Shown here piece by piece: positions 1 to 12,845 of a DNA stretch of 64,000 bases. The notes below the pieces were generated by a model. The model was not told the DNA's origin. It was given only the letters and a program-made list of their open reading frames with translations, and made no database searches. The DNA is from Leptogorgia sarmentosa (lineage: Eukaryota): assembly GCA_964658305.1 (NCBI GenBank), contig OZ210885.1, forward strand, positions 23,250,001 to 23,314,000, read 5' to 3'. Within the stretch, counting starts at the first letter, position 1. Every line of letters begins with the position of its first letter. Made by a program: the position numbers and the translations under genes.

Positions 1-570
1 GTTCCAAAAATCTTTTGCTTTGGTATGAGGGAGTATTGCGACCATAATGGGAGGGTACTGTAGGGAGACTCCGCAACCATTCCTTTAAAAAACTTTGGTC
101 TGACTCTGAAATGGGGTCAGAACATTTCTGATCAAGCATCTTCCACACTAAATCAAACCTATTTAACGTTATTTACATGGGCACTCACCAGTTTTCTGAC
201 TCTTTAGACTCTTTTTTGTCAATTGTTGGACAGGCTCTTTCAACCAAGAAGCAATGGTTCTTTCTGGAATCCCAAATGTAGATGCAAAAAAACTTTTGCA
301 AACTACCTTTGCACTTCCATCTTCAAGTTTCAGTTTGTACTGGAAGGAAGAACTTCTGCAAGATGGTCCGGCATGATCAGCCTTTCTTTGTTTAACACTA
401 ACCTACAATCGTACACAAAATATTTGAGACAAACGCCCCTCTCCCCCAGCTTCAGTGTTGTTTTTGTCATGCATGCGATTTATTGGCCAATTTCCACGTT
501 GGAAACTCAGGGAAATTGCGTTGGAATGACTGGTGATTAATATAATTGTGCACTAACATCAATAACATGG
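1..570 (-). pseudogene. Sola1-like DNA transposase fragment, degenerate and running off the window
   Basis: Manual minus-strand translation gives RSSSFQYKLKLEDGSAKVVCKSFFASTFGIPERTI, then after a probable intron FLKEWLRSLPTVPSHYGRN...KRFLE. This resembles the VCKxFF..T.GI / LPxVxSHYxR region of Sola1-type transposases. Confidence 0.5.
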
Positions 571-1574
571 TTACAACATTGAAATTTGGGGGGAAAGGGG
601 GTGTATTTTGAAAAGTCTCAATATATTTTGTGTGCGATTGTAGTAGAAATCAGTAATGTAGCTTTACTATTTCTGTTTACAATGGCATCAAAAGAAATAA
701 ATAGATATAGCACTAATACATTCTATCTGACTAGTTATAAAATTCTTACATTTTCAACAAGTGTATGGACATATAAACGCCGCTCCAACCAAGAACTCAT
801 TGACCAAAATTAATTGAAGATCCAACGTCTTTGATCTTCGTTAAATAAGCAGCAGTTATGCAATGATGACTTTTTACAGTATTCTGATGAACAGGGTGGT
901 CCAAGCACCTGTTCTCCAATCTCTTTACCTGTAAGGCTAGTGTAAGCTTTACCTTTGAGCCATTGACTTCTAGGAAAATTCTGTTTCCATGCAATAGGCT
1001 TTGCAATTTTTCAACGTTTTATAGTCTTTTTCTTTACAGTCTATAAAAGTTAACTAGGTATTTAGGTAACCTCCAGTAACCTCAGCTGGTACGTAAATAC
1101 TCCATATTAATACCGTGCAAACAATTCCCACAAATCAATTCCCACTGCCCATTGCAAACACACTCAGAGTTAGGAAACAAATATAAGTAAGGAACACCAT
1201 AGGACTTAATGAAGTGTACAACTGGGTCATTGGTAATATCATTGGTGTCATTATCACAACTCATCATATTGTTTGATTCATGAAGAATCTCATCCAGTTC
1301 AGTTGAAGATGATTGAAAATCATCAGACAAATTATCAGCCAGTTCATCAAGTCCAGGTAGCTCATTCCCATCACATCATCAGCTGTATTATTGTCTTCAC
1401 TACTATCTGTATTCGCACTGTCTACTTTTTCACTATCTTTATGGTGAAAAAAAGGCCATGATCAATATCTATTAACTGCATGAAATGGAACCTGTCCATC
1501 AATGAAAAACAAGCAAATAAACACTACACTACTCACTAGGCCATTTTGAAATAAAAAATATTGCTTTATCACTA

Positions 1575-3202
1575 CAAGTGCATCTCAAAAAATTAGAATA
1601 TTGTGGAAAAGTTGATTGTTTACTGTCATATAATTTCCAACATAAAAAATGGGAAATCTACAAAATCAATGGAAGATGAGATAAAGGAATTTAAATCCAA
1701 TTTTATTTTAAGTACTCAATCACAGCGTGCAGGTCATTAAAAACAGAAATTTGGTATCTCAAAATATTAGAATAATATATACTTTCCACCAGTACGCATA
1801 ACTTTTTGGGATTATATGAGTAAAACAATTTCATGCAAATGTACAACCACAAGCGTTAGGTGCCCAATAATGTCTTTATATACGAATGTCAACAACTGCA
1901 GGGCAACCATGGGAAAAAAGTCAGATCTAACTGATATTCAGAAGACCATTATTGACACATTGCACAAAGAAGGAAAGACTCAGAAAAGGATTGCTGAAAG
2001 AGCGGGCTGCTCACAGAGTGCTGTTTCAAAGCATCTTCGTGGAAATTTACAAGGAAGGAAACGATGTGGCAGGAAGAAGTGCACAAGTAAAAGGGATGAC
2101 CGTAGCCTGGAGAAGATTGTCAAACGTGGCCGTTTCAGAAACTTGGGAGAGCTTCATAAGGACTGGACTCAAGCTGGAGTTAAAGCGTCAAGAGCCACCA
2201 CACACAGGCGTCTACAAGAAAATGGCTACAAATGTTGCATTCCTTCTGTCAAACCGCTTTTGAATCCGAGACAACGTAAGAGGCGTCTCGCTTGGGCTAA
2301 GGAGAGAAAGAACTGGACTGTTGCAAAGTGGTCCAATGTCCTCTTTTCAGATGAAAGTAAATTTTGCATATCATTTGGGAATCAAGGTCCGAGAATATGG
2401 CGAAAAAGCGGAGAAGCACATAATGCAAGTTGCTTGAAAGCCAGCGTAAAGTTCCCGCAATCAGTAATGGTTTGGGGTGCAATGTCATCTGCTGGTACTG
2501 GTGAACTGTGTTTTATTAAAAGAACAGTCAATGCAGCCGTCTACCAGGAGATTTTAGAACATTTCATCCTACTGTCAGCTGAAAAACATTTTGGAGATGA
2601 TGAATTTATTTTTCAACATGATTTAGCACCAGCACATAGTGCAAAGAGTACAACTAGCTGGTTTGGTCAAAATAGCATTCCTGTTCTTGACTGGCCAGCT
2701 AACTCGCCTGACCTGAACCCCATTGAGAATCTTTGGGGCATTCTCAAGAGAAAGATGAGGAACACTCGCCCAAACAATGCAGGCGAATTGAAGGCAGCTA
2801 TAAAAACAGCCTGGGCTTCAATAACACCTCAGGAGTGTCACAAATTGATTACCTCAATGCCACGACGTATTGACGCTGTAATTCGCGCAAAAGGAGGCCC
2901 AACCAAGTACTAAATGAATACTGAAATGAGCTCAATGTTGTGTGTTACTCAGAATTTAAAAATTCTTACATTCTAAACCTTTATCTTAACGATCTTTAAG
3001 GTTATTCTAATATTTTGAGATACCAATTTTCTGTTTTTAATGACCTGCACGCTGTGATTGAGTACTTAAAATAAAATTGGATTTAAATTCCTTTATCTCA
3101 TCTTCCATTGATTTTGTAGATTTCCCATTTTTTATGTTGGAAATTATATGACAGTAAACAATCAACTTTTCCACAATATTCTAATTTTTTGAGATGCACT
3201 TG
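1575..3202 (+). mobile_element. Complete Tc1/mariner DNA transposon (DD34E, IR/DR-type termini), 1628 bp
   Basis: TA at 1573-1574 and 3203-3204. TIRs of about 201 bp (1575-1775, 3002-3202) with one mismatch seen. Each TIR has an outer and an inner copy of CTCAAAA(A/T)ATTAGAATA. One uninterrupted transposase ORF. Confidence 0.97.
1909..2913 (+). CDS. Tc1-family transposase, 334 aa from MGKKSDL
   Basis: Paired-like HTH N-terminus. Catalytic motifs FSDESKF, FQHDLAPAH and SPDLNPIENLW, with 34 residues between the second D and the E. The ATG at 1909 (ACCATGG context) is preferred over 1816. Confidence 0.95.
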   Translation: MGKKSDLTDIQKTIIDTLHKEGKTQKRIAERAGCSQSAVSKHLRGNLQGRKRCGRKKCTSKRDDRSLEKIVKRGRFRNLGELHKDWTQAGVKASRATTHRRLQENGYKCCIPSVKPLLNPRQRKRRLAWAKERKNWTVAKWSNVLFSDESKFCISFGNQGPRIWRKSGEAHNASCLKASVKFPQSVMVWGAMSSAGTGELCFIKRTVNAAVYQEILEHFILLSAEKHFGDDEFIFQHDLAPAHSAKSTTSWFGQNSIPVLDWPANSPDLNPIENLWGILKRKMRNTRPNNAGELKAAIKTAWASITPQECHKLITSMPRRIDAVIRAKGGPTKY

Positions 3203-3708
3203 TATGTACAAAATAAACAAACTACTACATAAAATATACAAACAATCAAATTTACAACAGGTTTAACAGGACTCACATTGATAACAGGACTCACATTGAT
3301 AACAGCACTTTTGTGCTGAGGTGTTTATATCCTGTGTAAATATTCGTTAATAATAATAATACAGTAATCGTTGTGAATAATATTTGTAAGTAAAATACAC
3401 AAGAAAAAGCACCACAAGCCTGTTAAGTTGTATAATAAAAAAGCGTAGTTTCCATTTTTAGTGACTTACCAGTGTGATCTCTCATTACTTTGGTTAAAAG
3501 ATCCAAAAATGGCAGTATTTCACCTCTAATATTCAGCTTGCATGTGTCCGCAATTTTGAAAAATCGCTAGATGACAACATACCCAGATATGCATGGCCTA
3601 TGGGGGAGAGTCATTGGGCCAACTAATGGGCTAGTACAAACTGTTGATGTCAGAGCAAAGAATTAGGAATAACAAAAATGTGTCTTTTGATTCCTATATA
3701 TATATATA

Positions 3709-5423
3709 GAGGATATTACACGGTGGCGTGAAGATGAATTTTATCTTCGAGTGGTGAAAACAAGATATTTTTTCGAAGATAAAATTCGTATCTTCAAGCC
3801 ACCGTGTAATTTTCTTTTTATTATATAGTAGACAGGAAAAACCATTAATAACAACCATTAAAAACTACAATTACAAATGCACAACTTTTATAAACGAATT
3901 TATAGCTCTTTTATATATAACAGATATATTAACTGTTCATTACTGAATGGAAGTTATTGTAACTGGTTTTTATAACAGTTTTAACAAGCACACTTTCCGT
4001 TTTACTGTTTTACTGGCTTCCCTCGCTGTCGCTGCTAATTATGACACGTTGCTTTTTCGTCACGCTGAATTCGCCGCCAGTTTGAGTGGGCATCAAAACA
4101 TTAACAGTTCCTATTTGACAATTGTTGAAAACAGGAAAATTGTGAGAATAACAGGGCTGAATTGATTTTGCTGTACAAACGTCATCAATTGTAATCTGCG
4201 ACGTTACATTTTCATTTGAAGAGGAAGCGCCAGACAGTATAGCAGATATTTGTTGTTGTTTCTTGTCGGAAACTGTCGAGTAATTATTAATAGAGTTGAC
4301 ATTTTTATGGCCAGTAATCTCAGCAATCTCAGTGGGAGGAATATTATTATCTACCAGCTTCTGAACCAGATGTTTTCTTGTGCTGTGGTTCACAAGTTTC
4401 CGCTTTGACGCTTGAAGTTGAGAGCTTGCACTGACCATATTTTGCATCATTGTTCGAAGCGAATTTACACTGAGAGCAGAATTTTTGTGCCAGCTTTGGG
4501 AATCTCCGTGTTTATCGCTAGGTAAAAGGGCGAATCATTGTCTAACATTTGAGGTGGTCTTTGGTTTTTGTAGCACAAAAAAGCAGTGACTGGACAACGT
4601 TCAATATTGTCGGAATTTTCGAACATCTTTGGCTTCGTTTCTCTGATATTTCTAGGGTTTTCGCCAGAGTTTTTGTTTTTGTTTGGTGCTCGGTAGAAAA
4701 CTCGATGAAACGAACTCCTTCGGTGTCGGCTTTGAGTTGTAAATCTCCCCAGCAAAGGTCTCGCTGTTCTTTTCCAGGCCTCATTCCAAAATATATACAG
4801 TTGTTAAGCCTGACTGTGTGTAAAAGTGCTGTTGGTGTGGTATTTCCCAAAATTCCGTCACTGTACAACTGTTCAATCTCATCGTCTGTCAATGGATTTG
4901 CACTGTTTGGCTTGTTGCCTTTTCCAATGGACTTCAACTGTTTTTGTTTCTTCTTTAAAATATCCTGAACCTCGATAAATTCTCTGTCGTTTAATAGCGA
5001 GTGGGAGTATCCATTTTTGCGAAGATGGTGGCCTATACTTTGCAAAAAGGCTCGGTTTGAGGACAGTTCGTATTCCTCGCCGTTTTTTCGAACGCTCAGC
5101 ACAAATTTTTTTGCCAACTTGTTCATCTCGTTCCTCAACTTTACAATTCACGTTTTCGCTTTCAAGAAACTCCTTAAACAATTTCAGATCGTAAAACGTT
5201 TTTCTTTGAGTGTTTACGTTTTCTTGTTCCTCGCTAAACGTTTTTATGTCAACCTTTGTCATCGTTACGAATCTCGCCATTTTGTATTTGCGAATGAAAA
5301 ACTTGTAAACACGAAGCGAATGAGTGATTGGCGGAAAATGACCAGGTGATCGATATCTTCACTAGTGAAGATATGGAAAATATCTTACTGTGTATTTTTC
5401 GGTATCTCACTGTCTACTATATG
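3709..5423 (-). mobile_element. Crypton-like (tyrosine recombinase) DNA transposon flanked by (TA)n tracts
   Basis: (TA)n at 3695-3708 and 5424-5447. Hairpin at 3715-3810. 13-bp inverted repeat at 3823-3835 / 5410-5422. Internal YR coding remnants; no RT or DDE domain. Confidence 0.8.
4010..5280 (-). pseudogene. Frameshifted Crypton tyrosine recombinase (DUF3504 / ZMYM-QRICH1-KCTD1-like)
   Basis: Successive ORF pieces 5280-4879, 5138-4542, 4755-4465 and 4450-4010 read ENVNTQRKT, YFGMRPGKEQRDL (catalytic R), RCPVTAF and NHSTRK...ITGHKNVNSINNY (HxxR, H, Y). Confidence 0.85.
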
Positions 5424-5526
5424 ATATATATATATATATATATATATGGCTGTAACACAGTAGTCACAGTTTTGGCGAAAAGTATAAGAGCGCTCAATAC
5501 CATAGGTAGAGCGAATAATAATAGCC

Positions 5527-5730
5527 GTTTTTATACTAGAGACCCATAATGCGTCTGGACGAACTTGGGCAAGAAGTTATTATTCGTCTGGTTATGCGTC
5601 TTCAGAGTAAAAACAGGCGCAAGACGCATTATGCGTCCAGACGAAATAAGTTATCTTCTTTGTCTTAACAGACGCACAACTTGTGATAGTCCGTCTAGAC
5701 GCATAATGCGTCTGCCTGTATAAAGACCAC
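5527..5730. repeat. Short MITE-like repeat rich in AGACGCA/TGCGTCT motifs
   Basis: Several direct and inverted copies of ATGCGTC/GACGCAT. A similarly built repeat lies at about 52768-52920. Confidence 0.4.
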
Positions 5731-6989
5731 TGAGCTATACTAAATTACTGGAGGAAGTGCAAAAAGTGAAGCCAAAAATTCGTCATTTGCTGACGCCATT
5801 TCCATGACAACTGGTCTGAAAACCTCACAGAATTACCGCTTACCAGCGCTCGATTTATGAGCCCGCTACGTTTCCACACCCCCTGGTTTTTTAATAAAAA
5901 CTTCAGTTTTGCAGTGTTTTTTTCCAGTTTTTTTCCACATATTTAGGCATTTTATTTATTTAGCGATAAATTTGCTCAAAGGACTGGAAGTAAGATATGT
6001 TGTATATTCTATTATCAACGGTGAATGTCAAAAAAAGTGTTAAAACCTCACGAAATGTGAAAAAAGACAACATCTATATTTCGAAGTCACACCGTGAAAT
6101 TTCAAAACATACTATAGGTAAATTCATAAATGGAAATGGTTGTATATTTATTAGTAAATCAGTCAATTTCCTAATTCTTGCAAAAAGTTCGTGTCCCTTT
6201 TTGTAAATTATTTGAGCACTAAACCTATAGTTTACCGACAATAGTAGAATTGTCTTATGAGCAGTATTTAACTATTGATAGCAGCTTGCCATTTCATCAT
6301 GTAAAAATATTGTAAATTGCTTTCCTAATATATTTGTCATTATGATACAAATAAGTCCTGCTATATGTTATCCTAAATCTCATCCCTTTGTTGGTCTGGA
6401 GTGGATTGCATGAGTAGATTTTGAATTGATTGGCATATTATGGCCGGATGGCCCCAGGGATTCTATTACCCTTGAGGGATTCCAGCATGTACAAGATTTT
6501 AGTATATTGTTATACCAAATTGAATGATTTAATGGGCAAAAAGGATGATGAATTACCCTGGCAGTTATACTGTATAACCACTAACTTAACTATTATGTAA
6601 AGTCATCTGGCATCAGATTTGGCATATTGTAGCTCGAGCAAAGCACTGTTGAAAACTGTTTTAAAAGGAAGGGATTGAATCTGTTATTTTGTCCAAAGTC
6701 CTATTTGTCTGAAGTCCAAAATCTTATCAAGTAGGCTGCAAAATATAAACAGCCCCTAATATATAAAATATCTACTGTATATTATCATAGTTTTTGCAAA
6801 TTTACTCTTCTTTATTGCAAAATTTATCCACAAGGAAGAAATCAACATCTCCAAAGTTAAATAGGCTATACAAATTAATTGATATGCTATATTTGCAATT
6901 AAAATTCTTCATAAAATGATTTATAATAAAGAATAATAAGGCCCATGTATCCAGGTCTCTAGAAGTGGTTTATCTTTAAGAAGCCAATT

Positions 6990-7327
6990 CACCATAATTA
7001 GTTCCCTCACAATATTTGCAAAACACCCCTTATCTTCTCTTCTTTTCATCCATTTCCTTGTTTTTCCTCTCACCCAACTTCTCTTGTTTTCATCGAGGAG
7101 TTCCAATATACAAAAAGTGGCAAGACAACGTCAAAGTTTATAATGCCTGCCGGAAGTCATATTGTTTTCCGTCATTGACACATGTGGTCAGCGGCATATC
7201 ATGTCGCGTTCAAAATTGTTGCGTTCGTTTGGCCACTCTCATCGGAGAAGAACACAACATATCTCAACATAATCCAACAATGTTGGACGATGTTGCTACA
7301 AAATGTTGCGTCCGTTTGACCAAGGCT
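6990..7327 (-). mobile_element. PIF/Harbinger remnant (one terminus plus transposase N-terminal fragment)
   Basis: Minus strand reads TAA then AGCCTTGGTCAAACGGACGCAACAT, with repeated CAACAT/ATGTTG subterminal motifs. Peptide RGKTRKWMKRREDKGCFANIVRELI resembles Harbinger transposase N-termini. TTA at 7328-7330 fits a 3-bp TSD. Confidence 0.6.
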
Positions 7328-7671
7328 TTAGTGCGGAATGCTCATCTAACGATTCTACGATTTTCTCCTTGGCCGCTTCCTGGTTAATGGAACGTAAGGT
7401 ATGCGTTTTCCATTGTAATATTAGCTCCTTTGCTTCTTCAAGATCATGCAACAAGTCATCTTTCTGATCAGGATTATAGATTCTTGTTGACATCTCGTTA
7501 ATTAATGCTTCCAAATCTTGTAATAACTGTTTCAGATCATCGCAACTAGAACACACTGTGTTATGCTGATGATGACTGCAGCTACACTGGAAATCTTTGT
7601 TGCGTGGATCGCTCAGTCCAAATTTATGACAATGGTCTGCACATTCGTTTTCTTCTGGCTTGCAATGCACT

Positions 7672-7951
7672 TGTGGGAAAAGGGGTTCGATCCTTTTAGA
7701 AAGCCCCACACGATCACAAAATATAAGTAAAAAAGCTTTGATAAAAAATCACTAGTGTTGAATTGAATCACCGTTGTCACACTCACAGAATACACACACA
7801 CTAACTATATCGTATTACATAGCATGCAAACCCATAAATCACGTGATCATTAAAGAAATTATTTGTGTCCCCATGTAATCAATCCCAATCAATATAACCC
7901 AATTACGTATTAACTTTAACAAATAATTAATGTACGAGGCAGTTTCTGACA
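7672..7951 (-). repeat. 3' LTR of BEL element 1
   Basis: Direct repeat of 12563-12845 with several substitutions and small indels. Confidence 0.95.
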
Positions 7952-10835
7952 CACTCCCCCATGTGAATCAGGTTGAGTCACATGTAACACAGAAACTTCC
8001 TAATTCTCTACAAAGTTACCACTCAAAGTTCCTGTTTGTTTTGGAGAATTTCTTCACTTCTCAACTTGGCAGCAACAGCAGCATCCCTCTTTGGCCGGAA
8101 AGGTGGTGCGTCAGGGTTAAGTCTTTCGGTGTGGTTTGACTTCGGTCGCAGGAAAGCTCTAAAGGGTAAAGGTGCTGCACGGGTCTTTCCAGGTACGACT
8201 TGCCAGCACGCAACTTCACAGCACGAACAACACCGTCTTTTCTGGGGAAAAGCTTTTCAACAATTCCAACCGGCCACTTAGCCCGATTTCGGTCGTCAGA
8301 ACGCACGATGACCATGTCTCCAACACTGAGTTTCAGCGATTTCTGGTTTCGATCACATCGATGCCGTTCTCTTAGAGCTGTGAGATATTCAGAACTCCAA
8401 CGTTTCCACAAGGCGTATTCTTCATGTATACTCGCGACAGTCAACCCAACGCCCCCATGTAGGGTCGTGCAGTGAGCTTTCTCCACCAACTTTGTTGCAA
8501 ATTCGCATTCGTCTGGAATGTAAAGCGGATAACTCCCTTGAATGCACCCGCGACACTCCAAATTTTTGTCGTCATTTTCTTGCGAATTAAGCTGCAACTG
8601 TTCCTCAAGAAACCTACCAGACGCCCTGGCACGTTGCTGGACTCTACGGATCCACCACTTCAATTGCTCCTCCATTTCGGTTGCAGTAATTGGACCGAGA
8701 CGTTTATCTCCTCTGCATGAACGTGCGAATCTTGATACCCAAACACACACACACAGAGCGATTTCTTGAGCCGATACTTCGCTAGTAGATTGTTGAATTC
8801 GTCTGGTTCGGCAATGAAGGTGACTGCGATCACTTCTCTGATTACTTTAGCTTCTGCCGCGGACTCTGGACTATCTGTCGTCACGGGATTAGTTGGCCAG
8901 ATGTCATGATCGCTTAACCATTGCGGTCCGTTCCACCACAATTCAGAACCCTCAACTGATCCACCTTGACTTCCAAGATCTGCCGGGTTTTGCACTGTTG
9001 GCACGTACATCCAAGCATCGATCTTATGCTCCTGGATCTTTCGAACACAGTTCGCAACGAACTGCCAATACTCCCCGCCACCACACTATCGAGCCAACAG
9101 TACGTGGCAGTGACAGGAAATCCTTCTAAAGCTCACCGAACGTTAACAGCATTCGCAGCCATATGACCGGCCACCAACTCCAGACGTGGGATTGTGAGGC
9201 CTTGCTTGGCAAGTCGGGATTTGGCAGCTATCAGCCCTTGGGTGACTCCGGGTGCTTGACTCACCACAGCATACACCGCCGTCGCTACACCACGCCCACT
9301 CGCATCTCCAAATGCATGAAGTTCCACAGCGTCCACTGGCTCTCGGTAGGTTGCCACACTTCGTCTCGTAGACACACACGCAGAGACTCCCAGCTATCCC
9401 ACAGCTTGGCCAGCTTGGCAGGCAAAGGGGCGTCCCAAGAAATTTTACTCTAACACGCTTCGCGGAAAATCATTTTCCCCTGAAGAGTCATTGGTGAAAC
9501 AAGTCTGAGGGGGTCGTAGACACGAGCCAAGTTTCCGAGGACCTCTCTTTTGGTTGGGTTAACTTTCTCGTCAGGGAAAACGACACTCAGCGTATCTTCG
9601 GTTTTGTTCCAGGCCAGTCCCAGAAGCTTGCACTCACCCATAGTCGATCCCAGCTGTTCCTTGGCATAGGTGGTATCTTCGCTGTTCTCCGGATTGGTAC
9701 GCTGATCTTCTAACTCCGGTGCCTTGGAGTGCCACTTATGAAGCTCGAAACTGGCATCAGCCAAAACCTCCGTGGCATCACTCTTTAGGTCTTGACACTT
9801 CCCGACGTCGCTTGCGCCCGAGATTAGGTCGTGTACGTACAAACTACGAGATATCTCTGCCACGCTCTCCGGACGTTTGTCGATCCATCCCGCCAAGTGC
9901 TGTTCGATTATGCCTCCAAGTAGAAACGGGGAACACCCAAGTCCAAATATGGCTCGTGTAAAGCGTAACGTCTCAACCTCGTTGGAATCGATGGAACGCA
10001 GCCAATGTAAAGCGTCACGATCTTTCTCTTTGACACACACCTGGAGAAAAGCCTTTCGTAGGTCACCAGCGAGAGTGACTGCGTGAAACCGTCCTCGTAC
10101 CAACACGTCCCACAGCTTATTCTGGAGCGATGGACCGACATCAACACAGTCATTGAGAGATGGGGAACCATCCCCTTCACGTGCCGAACAATCCTAGACC
10201 ACGCGCATCTTCGTACTTTCGGCTCCTTCCCTGATCACTGCCCGATGTGGCATATAAAATTTGCGACCAACAGCTTTGTCCGGTGCTCATTCAACGATGC
10301 CTTCGTCCAGTTGTTCCCGAATGATTGTGTCATACTCTTCGAGTTTTCCCCGTTTTTCGTAGCTTTTGAACTTGCGTGTGTAGGCGACAAAGACTGCCGT
10401 TACGATAACTGGGTAGCGGTGGGTGGTCGCCCTTCCATGGTAAGGCTGTCTCATACCAACCTTCATCACTATTTCTCGTCAACTGCTCACTAAACTCCTG
10501 GTAAACCACGTCCTGATCTCCGGATGGTGAGTCTGCTAGGCCAAGAACATCGAGTGCATACAATTGTTCATGATCTAGCGTAGTGTTGACAGCGAGACAT
10601 CCGAGAGTAGGGTCAGAATCTTTTCCCGAACTCATGATGGCCCACCCGAAGCGCGTCAGCTCAGCCACCCTTGGCGCCTGATGCGCACCTGAGAGGTCCG
10701 TATCTTGGCATACTCGTTTGCACCTCAAATTACATGAACGGGCAGCCTTTCCTTTGTTGGTTGGTCTTCTAATTCAATGCCACATAAATGTTGGTGAGCT
10801 TTGATTCTCTTGTCGTTATGTGGGTTGTCAAGTTG

Positions 10836-11236
10836 TGTTGTGTCCCTGCTGACAGGGAACGAAGTGCCAACCAACGGAAAACCAATCGCCTTTATTTGAC
10901 GGAGATTTAATTTATTTTCAGTCGGTGAAAACTAAAAAGTGACATAAAATGAATAAATGGTTTACGTACAGTACAGATACAGGACATATGCACGGGACAA
11001 ATACACAGACTTAATACTAATACTGCATGAACACGGTATACATACATCTTTGCTAGGACAAGCGTCTAATAAGTTCTCCTAGTATTTCCCCGTATCCCCA
11101 ATATACAGAAGGTCCACACAATAAATGTTCTATGTTTGATAAAAAGTAAAAATGTTTTGGAGTTTGAAGGATTTATATAGCGTCGCCCACGTTTAATGCA
11201 TGCATGATTTTCATATGTAATTAGTGAGTCATCACA
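10836..11236. mobile_element. Solo LTR (401 bp) inserted in BEL element 1
   Basis: TGTTG...TCACA termini, 5-bp TSD AGTTG (10831-10835, 11237-11241), non-coding, and it interrupts the BEL protease-region frame. Confidence 0.85.
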
Positions 11237-12562
11237 AGTTGTAAGAGTTCTCGTTTTTTGATCATAGTAGCACAAACCTTTAAGCTGAAATCGCCTTTCA
11301 GCACTTCAAGACTCAAATCAAACTGCAACATTTTTGTCGTTTTTGTGCCCATTAGCGTAGATATTTGACGCGTACTAGTTTTGACAGCTTGTGCGCCAAT
11401 GAGATTAACCAGAGTTTGAGATATAAAGGAGTTGCTAGCACCGCTATCTAGAAGTGCACGGAATTTCCGACCATTAATTTGCACAATCACCACAGGATGC
11501 ACAACCGACGTGTTAAAGGGCTGTACGTTAGTCGCGGTTAAACCTGCTTCAGGTGTTGATGGACATATTGACGTGTGATGTCTCATCTGGCAATTTTGAC
11601 ACGAAATCTTACTTTTGCAGCTGCTTGCCGCATGCTGCCCAAATAGCACAGTTAAAACAAAGGTGTTTTTCCACGAGAATTCTCTTTCTTTCGCTTGGCC
11701 TCGTTACTAGGCCTATTACATGCGATACTAATTCTGCTTTAATGATCTCTAATTTTTTAACAACATAATATGTCGCGCCTTGTATGGTGTCAAGTTTCCC
11801 GAGTGTCTCGAGGCTCTCAACATTGAACAGCAACTGTTCGTAAAACTTATGCAGTTTCGGGACATCTCTCTCTGATACAAACGGCAACTCAATAATATTG
11901 GTAAGGTATGCCCCGGCCACTTCACTCGGGTGGCCGTATTTTTCTTTCAAGTATTTCATCGCTCAGTCATAGCCCTCGTCGGTGAAAGGAAGGCAATCAA
12001 TGGCGCTTCTAATTTGCGGCTCCACAAACTCTTTTAAATGCGAGAATTTGGTGATCGCAGGAACGTTTAGCGAGTCAACCATTGCCTCGAACTGACCAGG
12101 AAAACGTACCCAGTCGTGCAGTTTTCCATTAAACTTGGTTATGCTTAACTTAGGCAGTCTTACAGTACCTTCAGCAAGCTGTTTTGTTTTGTAAGCGGCC
12201 TCAAGCTTTTGATGCTCAAGCTTCATTTCCTTCGTATCAATTTCTTTAATAAATTGGGAAAGTCTTTCGCAATGCTGGTCAGCTGCGGCGACTTGCGCTT
12301 CAATGTCTTGCGACCATTGTCCTATGTCATCTTCATTTTCACCTTGCCCAGATTTCGCTTCTTCTATTGACCCCTTTAAAATGTAAATTGTACTTACAAT
12401 TGCCTGGATAGAATCTCTTTGCCTCTCCACTGCAGCCTTTTCGCCTTTCTGCAATATTTTGTCGCATCGCTTTGTTCGAAAGTTCAAAGCCTTTAACTTG
12501 GTCTCTAGCTCTGTTATCAATCCCGAAAAATACATCAAATATCCCGTCGGAGGTGCCAGTAA

Positions 12563-12845
12563 TGTGGGAAAAGGGGTTTGATCCTTTTAGAAAGCCCAAC
12601 ACGATCACAAAATATAAGTAAAAAAGCTTTAATAAAAAATCACTAGTGTCGAATTCGAATCACCGTTGTCACACTCACAGAATACACACACACGCTAACT
12701 ATATCGTATTACATAGCATGCAAACCCATAAATCACGTGATCATTAAAGAAATTATTCGTGTCCCCATGTAATCAATCCCAATCAATATAACCCAATTAC
12801 GTATTAACTTTAACAAATAATTAATGTACGAGGCAGTTTCCGACA
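12563..12845 (-). repeat. 5' LTR of BEL element 1
   Basis: Direct repeat of 7672-7951, followed on the minus strand by a PBS-like TGG sequence. Confidence 0.95.

Larger units (their letters stand above)
7672..12845 (-). mobile_element. BEL/Pao LTR retrotransposon 1, degenerate
   Basis: LTRs at 7672-7951 and 12563-12845 (TGTC...CCCACA on minus). TSD CACT(T). PBS-like TGGCACCTCCGACGGGAT near 12541-12558. PPT GGGGGAGTG at 7952-7960. Fragmented gag (LPKLSITKFNG), protease (ALLDSGASNSF), RT (DLRKAFLQV, LYVHD), RNase H (LHAFGDAS, TIPRLEL) and a deleted integrase ending LERPVQHLYPLE. Confidence 0.95.

Noticed and set aside
3264..3305. 18-bp tandem duplication TAACAGGACTCACATTGA
   Set aside because: Local slippage-type duplication with no insert between the copies.
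5527..5730. Interspersed short repeats as a possible CRISPR-like array
   Set aside because: Motifs are short, mixed in orientation and irregularly spaced, in a eukaryotic TE context with no cas genes.
7613..12608. Shared peptide GFLKGSNPFSH in ORFs 7613-7801 and 12339-12608
   Set aside because: Chance translation of the two BEL-1 LTRs.
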